Source: Pelomyxa schiedti
Taxonomy: Eukaryota; Protista; Evosea
Direction of reading: 5' to 3'
DNA: 64,000 bases
Assembly (NCBI GenBank): GCA_020536535.1
Contig: JAHLWZ010000331.1
Coordinates: forward strand, 854 to 64,853
Shown here: one piece after another, positions 27,257-37,769 of the stretch
How positions within the stretch are numbered: the stretch's first letter is position 1
Layout of the letters: each line of letters opens with the position of its first letter
Program-made: the position numbers and the translations under genes
Notes under the pieces: model-generated
What the model saw: the letters and a program-made list of their open reading frames with translations, nothing else
Databases searched by the model: none
What the model was told of the DNA's origin: nothing

Positions 27257-27328
27257 GGGCGTTTAGCTCAGTGGAAGAGTATCTGACTCCGGATCAGAAT
27301 GTCATGGGTTCAACCCCCATAACGCTCG
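27257..27328 (+). tRNA. tRNA-Arg(CCG), copy 2
   Basis: 72 nt identical to copy 1; followed by TAC and T8. Confidence 0.97.
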
Positions 27329-27442
27329 TACTTTTTTTTCCTTCTCTTGCACAAGGAGTGGATAGCATGTCCCACAAAAGTGAGCTTGAACGCAAGGGAC
27401 AAGGGCTTACAAGAAATGGGTATGTTATTAGGTACAAGGTCG

Positions 27443-28526
27443 TTACTCCTTGGTGGAGGGTGTTGAAGCAGCATCAGTGGGGGACTTGCTTTTGGTGCTC
27501 TCAGTAGTTGCTGTGGTTGTGGTTGTGGTTGTGGTAGTGTCGGCGCTGGTCTTGTCTTTCCTATGTGCATGTTTATCCTTTTTGTGCTTGTTTTTGTGTT
27601 TGTCTTTTTTCTTGTGCTTGTCCTTTTTCTTTTTGGGGCTTTCTTCAGCTGTTGTTGCCGTAGTTGGTGAAGAACCTGTGGGAGTTGTAGAAGCGGAGGT
27701 ATCTTCACTGTGCTTGTGATGGTGTTTGTGGTGGTGGTGGTGTCGGTGTTTCTTGCGTGTAGGACCACCCTCTGGTTCATTTTCATCATGCTTTCTCTTT
27801 CTGGGTTCTGATTCTTCTTCTCCTTTTTCACCATGTTAAAAGATTTCAAAAACAAAGCGAGCATACGCTCAGAAGCCTCAGACTCTTCACTGTCGTCACT
27901 ATCACTATCACTTGATTCTTCAAGCAAAGTGTTCTCACTGCCACCCTTCAGAGCATTGTAGCATTGAAAAGTAAGATGCCCAACTTTATGGATCCAATCC
28001 AACAATGTCTCACATCACACACGCACAGAACCACACCAAAAAAAAGAGCAAAATACAAAAGCGATTAAGAGGAAGAACATAGAAGAAAGAAGAGGGTCAG
28101 TGAAGGGAAAATATTGCAGTAACAGCCTTACCTCCACCACATCTCTTGCATGACCCCTTCACAGCGGTCTGGTTGCCGCCGGTCAACCGGGCAAGTGCCA
28201 TAAGGCCCTACTTCGTTTGTTAGAGGGAAACCCATAAAATATAGTTGAATGTAATAACACTGCATCTACCTTGTAGCTCTCAAATGCATTTGGGTTCGGG
28301 CCAGTCCCCTCATCGTCCTTTTTGGTCGGAGCGTACGGATCATATCCAATAGTTTCCGACTGTGCAGTGGAAGAAAAAAAATCAGAAAAAAACCAACCAC
28401 AAAGAAAAGAAGCACCAACATGCATGCATAAACCATAAATCTTCATACCCAGACGTCACTCATTTGAAGTGCGGAACTACTGTGCATGCGGTTGTTGGCC
28501 GGCATCTTGGGCATCTTGAAAGACAT
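27443..28526 (-). CDS. CXIP4-like zinc-knuckle protein
   Basis: Spliced MSFKMPKMPANNRMHSSSALQMSDVW|SETIGYDPYAP..FESYK|GLMALARLTGGNQTAVKGSCKRCGG|VGHLTFQCYN, matching the plant CAX-interacting protein 4 N-terminus; K/H-rich tail. Confidence 0.88.
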
Positions 28527-28681
28527 TTTCTTTTGGTTTTGGTTTCGCGAACAAGTTTTCCGGAAAGTTCTGTGTAGCTGAGGACTTTCGGGCAACCATT
28601 CTCCAGTGGCGAGAGTACGTGGTACCCACGTTATTCACAAGTGGGTACCAAGACTCCTCAACTGGCTGGCTGGGGAGATTG

Positions 28682-31600
28682 ATGAACCAAGTCGAAGGAA
28701 AACCCTTTCGACAAATGGGGCACTACATTGCCTGTATGTACCTTCCTTCTTCTGGCTCTCCCCTCCCACAATTGCAACCCCCCAACGTCCTTTTATTCAT
28801 CGCGCCGCAGACTGGGAACCCTGCACTGGCGGAGATCTGTGGCGCCTGCTGTGGCCCCACATCGCGCCTCGTCTGCCCCTCAGGGACGTGACGTTTCGCT
28901 CCACGAGGCCCGGCGCCGGCCCCGCCGCAAAGTCGTCGACGGGCCCGACGCGCAATGTCAACGTGCAGTTCGTGAAGAACGACGACCCCAAGTTGTGCCC
29001 TGTGGCTGGTAGGCTCCAGGACTGCCACAGGGAACCTTTTTTGTGCCTATTGGTCGTCCCGAGCGACGTATGTTGTTGAGCAGTCACTGATTAGGATTGT
29101 GGGAGTTTCTGACTTTACCTTGGTATGCAGGATTCAAAGAAAGTGAGGACTACTATCAAAGATTGGGTGTCCCAGATGAATGATTCTAAGAGGCAGTTCA
29201 TAGTTATGGTTGTGTCACAGAGTGCTCCTGTGGCGTCAAGATCAGCCCGAATTTCTCGAGTCTTTGACAAATTGCGTTCAGACATGCCGAAGCGTGAAAA
29301 GTATGTTCCCAAAGCCACACGAATTTCCTTGTTTGATTGCTATATCTTACGGAAGTACTGCCAAGAGTATGTGAAATTCGACTGGATGACAAAGGAGATG
29401 AACAGTGGGAAGATTTTCTCACCAAGGCATAGAACTCTATTGATGAGTGCATATGGTTCACAATTCTTCCTCATGTTAGGCTAAGGATGCTATTGCCACT
29501 TCTTTTGAATATTATGTTTCTCTCAGCACAGCTGAGATCAAGAACCTTGATGCTGCACGCATTCGTCCTAATTGGAATTATTGCTCATTTTTCTTGTTGA
29601 AGGTGGACACTCGTTTAAGCACTCACCCCTAATTCTAGATAGGAAAGTTTGGCATTCATATATGAGCAAGCCCAACTTTTAGAAACTGCTGATGTTCTAT
29701 ATGCCGAGCTCAGTGCATTGATGCCAGAGACATGTCCTCACTCAGATATGTGGACCAACATCACTGGTAGCAGCACTGCGTCTTTACTTGCCAGTGAGGA
29801 TAAAGAATATAGAGATCTCATTGCCTCCAACAAAATCTCCAAATTTGAACTATCACAGTATCTCTTTGCGAGGCAAGCCTCTGTGTGTAAATGAAATCCT
29901 TTCTTTTTCTCCTCATAAAACCTAGATTAGTTTTAATCTCTATGGTTCGGCTACTGTTGCGAGCAAAGCTCAAGATTTCATTAAAAAAACTTCCCAAATT
30001 CTACTAGGCCAAAAAGTACCCTTCTATTTGCAGTTTCCTTCACCTGACTTTGTATTGAAAAAACACAGGAATCCCTCCCTTCATTATTTGTAGAATCTTG
30101 GATTTTCACGGCATGTCTCTTTGTGGCAGATGAGTGTCTTAGACACAGCCCAACCAACCCTGCCCCTTCCGGTTCTGTTTCTGCTGCACTTGGTATCACT
30201 CCAGCACTTCCTATTCTTCCTCCTTCTTCCTCAATTACCACTACACCAACAACATCTACCTATACTACATCCTCTTCATTATCTACCTCCACAACCTGCA
30301 CTTCAACCTCTGCTCCCATTTCAACTGCTAACACTACAACGGAGGACAAATTGTATCAAAGTCAACTTTCCGCGAAACGGGACAGTCCGTTTCACGACTA
30401 CCACTTTACTCTCGGGAACTTGTATTTTAATGCCAGAACCCAAGTTGCAATATTCTATTTCGGATTTTACTAATTTTCCCATGTCAGCTGGGAAGAATGG
30501 CGCATGTATGCGGACTTTATAGTACCTATGGGATCGAAGAATTGTTTTGTGAAGCAAGTGATACACAAACTGGTACGCTCTTCTTATCTACAGTTTCTCC
30601 TAAGTCTGGATAGAGATTCAAACAAGTAATGCACAAAGTGTATGCCAAAGGGGAGATGACATGAAACACACAGAAATGCATGGCGAATGCTCCGCATGTT
30701 GTCTTTCCTTGCAATCCAAAGACGCGAGCACTTCCAAAAGTGAAGCTACTGCAAGTTCCCAATCGAGTGGTGAACATGTTAGCAAGACGGAGGATACTGA
30801 AACAGTTCCGTCTCCAACTGTAACCACTGTAACAAATCCTTCAACATCAATTGACACACCAGAGTCCGCATCTGAACTAAACAAGGAAACTCCTGGTTCC
30901 AGTACCATCAGCAATGAGCTTGTTGTTAAGCCGGCACCCTCCTCTCCAACCAACGAAGCCCCTTTACAGCCGCTTCCCAAAACAGATGGAAATCAAACCA
31001 CTCCAATGGACTTGCGCACGAAAATACCACTGACTTCTTCATATGAGCATAGATCCCTCAAAAAAAGAAAAACCAAATCTGCCCCACCACAATCTCCAGA
31101 GCAACTTATGGCTGGAGTTTCTTACCCTCAACTTACTGAGGTCTTACAATCTCAAGACGCATTTGACAAACTTTTTTTGGTATGTATCTCCTAACTGATT
31201 TTCTTAACTCGATCCCTGTAGGATCTTACAGTAAAAGCCCTGAAAGAATATGAAACAAGTGAGAGAACGCGAAGTGTTGATCGGCTTAATAGGGAAATAG
31301 CTCTCTTTTACTTGTAAGGCAATTAAGCAATTGGAACATAAAATTCATCTCTTGAAGCAAGAGAAGGCAATGGGCTGATGCAGAACCAAGACTGAAGCAA
31401 GTCGTAACCTCATACATGAGTGAAGGGTGGCATGAACTGGCATACCACGTACTTTCAATGCTTGCTCATTGTCAACATTTACTCCACCATCATCACGAGT
31501 AATACACCTTTTTTCCAAAACACACTGATTCTCATCCTCACCCAATACAGATTTGTGGATACGTGCCTCTGGCTCTTATCTCCCATGATGCCCGTGGATG

Positions 31601-34291
31601 AACAAAAGAGGCTTCTGTATACAACACAGCTATTTCACATTGCCTCTCAATGTTTAGATACACCTGTAGACCGCGAAATGCAGCCACTATTGATTGGTTC
31701 CATTGCACTAAACCAGAAGAAATTGGCATTGGGATCAACTGTAGTGGTACAATGCACAGTTTTTAGTAATCTTCCCAGGGTATAGCACTACAGTAAAATT
31801 ATCTTACTTATGTTAACCAGCCCGTGAAAGTTGATCAAATAGCGGCTTCGTTTAGAAAAGAGGGAGAAGGTGATGAACCTATTACAGTCTCCTTGCCGTA
31901 CACTCCCAAATATTCACTAGAAGACTCCCCCAGTATGAAAATTTTAAGAGGGGTTGTATTTGATGACTTCAAATAGAGGAGGAATCCAGCAAACCTTCCG
32001 TCGAAATCAACCCAGGCAACAATACCTATGATCTTTGCACAGATCCATTTGTAACTGGTGTCTTTTTATGCCATTCTCTATGGCTCACGGTTGGCAACCT
32101 GCGCCTCATTGATGACCATCTCCCCCTTCCTGTGGATTCCCAGTTGGTCCTTATGCGCAGCGAAACAACACTTACAATTGACATAAAATTACCAAGTTAG
32201 TTTGGAGTTCTCCCAACTGCACTAATCACACAAATCAGGGTGGCTTCCTGTTGGTAGCAGTATTGCACTGGAAAACGTTTTTGTGACTATCATATCCCAC
32301 CAAGACAAGGTGGTTGATGCCACTCTAACTCTTTCTTCCACAACAGACTTTGCGCTTCCTCCTGTAGAATTGCCACCAGCTATAGTAATATCTCCTGATG
32401 GTATTTTTAGCTTTACGTTCCCATATAATCATATCCCAGGATCTCGTAGGCAGCCAACCCTTACTCAGAGGAAGGACACTATTTCACTGTTTCCAATAAA
32501 CCCCCATGAGAGAGCGGAAATAATTCTCCCTATGCCATATCAAGAGACTTCTTGTGTTCACCAAGTAACACTTCTTTACGACTTACTTCGTTTTAATTTT
32601 CTCTCTAGTTGAGTATAAACCTGGAATACATTAAAAACACAAGGGAAACATTTCAACTTTCTAAGGAAGTGCAGCTAGCCTTCACACATCCATTCTCCCT
32701 CTTGGTTAACCATGTCGTCCAACAAGATAAAAAGTACCTTATGAAAGTTTATTGTCTATTCACCTCGTATACAGTGCCGTTGTGAGTATAAAGTTGCAAT
32801 GCACTGCTGGCGTACCTCTGCAAATTGTATCAACTACCTTGACTACCGCTGATACAAATATACCCGTAGAGAAATGGGGTCTTACTCCCGCACAACTGGA
32901 TCCAATGGTTCCCCCAGGAATTAAATGTACCTTATTGACATTTAGGTAATCCTTCCACAACAAGAACTTTGTCTTGCCGTTACTATCCCGCCCGACATGT
33001 GGGGTAGGGTCCTTCTTTTTTTGAAGTGATTTTTATACAATTACTAGATGTAAATAGATACCAGTTTAGTGTGAATTATACCCTCGTCGAATGCACAGGT
33101 TTATCCCTAACAATAACACTCTCATTCACGAATATTAGCAAGCAGTGATATGCACAAATTCTCAGCACCACTGAAAATCGAAATTCCCAAAGTATCTTTG
33201 TGAACCAATAACTCAGCAATCAAACTTCCAAATTAGATTTTGTACCACATCTCATGTTCGTTTCCTACACAAGCAACTGTTGGAGATTACGTACCATTTA
33301 CTTTTAAAATCTCGAAACTTCCACTTCCCACAAGTGGGGACACCTCCTGCCAAATGGTAGACAGAACAGCAGTAAGGAAATCTGTTGCCGAGAGACGAAC
33401 GGCAGTTTCATTTGAAAGTGATCTTGCACAAAATGTTCCATTACTTCTGCTTGGAGAGGCTCTTCTTGAACTGAGCAAACTTGAAAATACTGAAGGCAAC
33501 TTATATGAGGCACTAGCTTGCTTTCACGAGTGTGCGTCACGCATTCCACCGCCTGTTGTGGAGGAGAAACCTGAGGACAGTTCCCCCCAACCTGATGCCG
33601 CACCAGTTGATGAGGTAGGGAAGGAACAACCCACAGCCCCACAAACATCTAGTTCTCCGCCGAGTTCTTCCCCTTCCGATTATGCGCGGGCAGTTTGCGG
33701 CTTGGCAAACACATATCTTGCACTTGCCCATATAGGGGTGACTCCACCAGCGAACTTACAGTTGGCCACCACAACATTGCAGCGAGCCCTTGCACATACT
33801 AAAGAAGATTGTATCTCTTCTACACTTGAGAAGGTGACCAACTCCCAGCAAATACCAAGTTCTACTGCGACTTCCACAGAACCGTCGTCATCAGCATCCC
33901 AATCATCAGAGGCGATCGTTGGTGAGCCAATGACAAGGCACAGATATGATATTCGGGAAGACCCCAGCATGTGGCTCGTGTGTGGGAACAAACGCTATTC
34001 GTTCTTCTTACAGGTTGGTGAGCAAGACCATGCTTTCACAATCTCATAACATTTTAGCCTGGAGAAGTTGCAGAATTCACAGTATTCATAATTCCCTTGC
34101 AGCCTGGGTATTTACCAGTGCCCACTGTGGCACTTGAACGAGTTCCTCCCGGCAGCATACGTTGTGAACAGCTTGTCTCACAAGTAACTTTCCACGATTA
34201 AATTTTCCTAGCACTTAGTTTTACCTAGATATGGACCTTTCCTGAAAGAAACATGTTGTATTCTTGTCAACCGGGCAGTGATGCCCTTTAA
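28682..34291 (+). CDS. TRAPPC10: TRAPP II subunit TRAPPC10/Trs130, multi-exon
   Basis: LWPHIAPRLPLRDVTF; VRTTIKDWVSQM..VFDKLRSD; NWNYCSFFLLK|..LAFIYEQAQLLETADVLYAEL; FELSQYLFARQ; C-terminal IIPLQPGYLPVPTV. Confidence 0.85.
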
Positions 34292-34625
34292 GAACCTCAA
34301 CTTATTTTGGTATGAGGGAAAAAAACTGTTGTGAAAATGAATGGTGTTTTTGTCCTTTAGGACAACACACACAAAATTTCACTTTCCTGTTTTACGCAAA
34401 AAAACAAGGCAGAGGTACATAAAAGAAAACAAATACCCACCACACAAAAAGCAATTCAGCCAACTTCCGTGTTTTTCCTGATTTGAGAACCATTGTTAAT
34501 CAACATCACACGAAGACTGTTTCTGTTGGCACCTCTTTGATTTGAACAGTTGGGTTGAGCTTGCAGAAAGTTTATTTTATTTGGCCAGTTTGGCCAAGAG
34601 GGTTTGCACTCACAAATACCACGGC

Positions 34626-36335
34626 TCAGGACCATGTAAGCTTTGCATAGGCCATTGTCCTGTTACCATAGTCATATGTGTAACAAACGTGTGCCGCTCT
34701 GAAGTGTAGGTGGTCATTAATGAATTATTAATTGAGGGAGTGTACTTTGGGTTTGTTCTGCTCTGTACAATGGCTGGGTACTGGTAGCTACCTGCACAAT
34801 GTTAAACGGAGGAAAGGAAATCGGGGGTCGAAAACCGTTGCAATCGGTCTCGATGTCTGCCACATATTCCCAGGTCTTACCCCAATCTCCACTGTGGGCC
34901 AAAGTCAACGGGCACCTTGTATTTGGGTTGGATTTATTTCTCAAGGGACTAAAGAAACCTCGACTCGGTGCTATTGTTCATCATCAGAAGGAATCCAAGG
35001 GATGCACCATCACCGTACATCCGGACACCATCGATTCCTAATGATTGCATGGGTTATTACACAAAGCGAGTCAGGCGGACCTGCTCCTGGGTTCATTAAA
35101 TCGGTGTCATCCGCTATCTTTTGCCATGAGAGGCCATAGTCAGAACTATAACTCTGTGCTAGGTAGTTGCAGCCCGTTCTCAGCAAAGATGTAAGCTTAG
35201 AAATGGTTTGATGTTGAAGAAGGTCAATTATGACAGTCACCTGTCCGGGGGTTTCTAATTCAAACAAGGTTGGTTGAATGGGTCCCTGACACCATGTTTC
35301 ATGTTCGTGAAATATATCTATATCGTTACTTTTCTCCCAGTGCTCTTCATTCAGTAAGAAAATAAAAGTAACAAACTCGAACAAACGGTAGTCTTGGTCA
35401 GTTGTTTCCATGTGTGATTGCCAGACACCTAGAAGAGGTTAAAAAGAGAAAAACATTGAGTGTGTCATAAATACCAATCAGATTGTCAATGTGACCAGAT
35501 TCCGTGGACGAGGGACACAGTACATTCCCGTTGCTGAGTGTGATGCACTTATTCTTAATACCAGCAAGGAACCTTTGTGCATTGGAATACAACGAAATTA
35601 TAGAAGAATTACCCTTTGGGCAAATAAGTTACTGAAGACCAGGTAACACCACCATCAGAGGAACTAACATAAGCTCCCTCCCAAGAGTGTGTGGAACAAG
35701 AATCTGTTATGTTCCTTAATCTAACCCCAAATTGTAGTTGCAACTCACTTGGGTCTATGTGAGAATCACTTCCAAAGTGGAAGTCAAGATAGAGAACGCC
35801 ATTGTCATTCATATAGAGTGAAGGATTCCTTGCAAAGAGTTAGCTTGTAAAATATGTTATGAAGAAATTTTTGTATACACTCACATGTCACACACGCCAG
35901 GGGTCTTGGCAGCAACTGCAACAGGAGACCATGTGCCTGTTGCTGGGTCCCTTCTCGATGTCCATATTGACAAATCTTCGTTGCCCTCCCCCGTCTATAG
36001 CATATGATATACCCATATTTAGCATACTGGTAAGAAAATACCCCCCTCAAATTGGGGCACTCACTCCAGCATGGAAGACAGCCACTATAGTCCCATCGTA
36101 AAGCTCCTGAATCGAACACGCGTGGCTGCAATGAAACTCAGCAAACACACGAAGGGGAGAGGATAACAAAAAAAAAAAAGATGTCAAGTATGATGAACCA
36201 TTACCAGTATGGGAAGGTGCCGCCAGGCATGATCTTCTCATACGTCACTTTTGGGACAGCGATGCTAGCACCTCCCACGAAAACCAAGCCAAACCCAACC
36301 AACACCAGAGTCGCAACGGCACGAAGGATACCCAT
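34626..36335 (-). CDS. secreted BNR/Asp-box beta-propeller (sialidase-like, BNR_2 type)
   Basis: Signal peptide MGILRAVATLVLVGFGLVFVGG; C|HACSIQELYDGTIVAVFHAG; Asp-boxes SSDGGVTW, SSDYGLSW, SGDWGKTW; IKNKCITLSNGNVLCPSSTE; IQPTLFEL; YPAIVQ. Confidence 0.85.
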
Positions 36336-36503
36336 CAATCAAAGTAATTCGGTCTTTCAGGGAACTCGTTCTTATCTTGATACTTGTGGTGCTAGTTACC
36401 TGATGGGAATCTTTGCTCTTGGAACATAGTGAACTCTCCAGAGTGGCACTTCGCGAAGGATCTCCCGGAGTTTTGTGGATCTCCCGAATTAAAAAAAAAG
36501 GTA

Positions 36504-36575
36504 CGAGCGTTATGGGGGTTGAACCCATGACATTCTGATCCGGAGTCAGATACTCTTCCACTGAGCTAAACGCCC
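36504..36575 (-). tRNA. tRNA-Arg(CCG), copy 3
   Basis: Reverse complement identical to copies 1 and 2; T9 terminator. Confidence 0.97.
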
Positions 36576-36720
36576 CTCTGGTAAAAATAACAACTTCGAG
36601 TTTCTCTTGGAGTCGTGTGAGAGAGAATCTCTCCTCGGTAGAATTTCCTTCGCTTTTGTCTCCCTATTCAGTTGTATGATAGGTTTTTTTTTATTTGGAG
36701 CACTGTTTCTATCCATCGAG

Positions 36721-37179
36721 TTAGGGTTTGTTTGTGTACTCAAGGCAATTGAAGCGTACTCCCTCACGTGGCTTGGCCATCCATGGTGCCACTGTCTCAC
36801 GCCACTGTGTTTGTGTGGGCATCGAACACCACTATTCAAAAAAAAAATCTAAAATACCTTAAGGTAGTGGGGTGTCTGCTGGTGCCTGGTAAAGTCCTCT
36901 TTGGTTTTGTAAACCTTGGGATTGCGTCATTGTCATGCCCACAGCACCAAAGGGGAAAAAAAACAAAAAAAAACCCCCACAAAGTATGTACCTCAATAAA
37001 CAAGAACCTAGTTTTGTCCTCCTCGTGCTGAGCGACGTCGAACCTTACACACCCAGGCTCATGGTGCGTAGATCTTGCGTTTACCAACGAGGCCTCGAGA
37101 AACTCCCCCACGTTCTCGGGCTTGACGAAAATGCTGACGTTGACCAAGTAATACGGTGCTGTCGCTTCGGTGGCCGACA
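36721..37179 (-). CDS. lsrG: ABM-domain protein of the LsrG type (putative phospho-AI-2 isomerase), 109 aa, 2 introns
   Basis: MSATEATAPYYLVNVSIFVKPENVGEFLEASLVNARSTHHEPGCVRFDVAQHEEDKTRFLFIE|VYKTKEDFTRHQQTPHYLK|WRETVAPWMAKPREG..; the EPGCxRFDV, FxxxEVY, HxxTPHYxxW and MxxPR pattern is typical of LsrG. Confidence 0.75.
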
Positions 37180-37769
37180 TCAAAATTTGGTTATCCTCTC
37201 GCAACACGATCAAATTCGCGAAAATAACTTTCCAATTTGGAGTGGAAGCATTGCTGGGACACAGAAGCGTGGCCAGACGAAACGGGACTCGCAAGAAAGG
37301 AGCGGATTTACTAGCACAATTAGTTGGCCCTTCTTCTTCAGAGGGGACACCACCTCGATCTAGCTGAGGGGCCTGAAGTTGGGAGCCATTTCCCACAGGC
37401 ACTGCAGCAGGTCTACTAGCCCTTTCCTGGCTCTGGGAGGAGTACGTGGAAGTGCTTCTATCACATCAAGTAATGGTGATCATGCTTTGTGTCTAGCATC
37501 TAGGTGCTCCCATTACTCCGTTTTGGAATCAAAAAGGAAACAAAAAAGCCATTCAAATCTCTCTGGTATCTTCTCAACTGTAGTATTATTAATGAAGTAA
37601 GTGCAAGTGTTGAACAAGGTGGGTCTTGCATGCACGAAGTTTCACAACAAGAGATATTTTAAAATCAACACATCAACGTTAATTCAACGTTGAAGTCAGA
37701 AGACACACCCAGAGTGATGTGCTTGTGGTGGTATACAGGAGAATGCTGGTGTTTGCGGGAGAGTGATTT

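Noticed and set aside
27310-27442. CXIP4 ORF apparently overlapping tRNA copy 2
   Set aside because: An intron near 27830 shifts the frame; the spliced protein stops at 27443.
36265-36561. ORFs starting MEEYLTPDQNVMGSTP (36265-36561 and 27271-27507)
   Set aside because: These are translations through the tRNA-Arg genes, not proteins.
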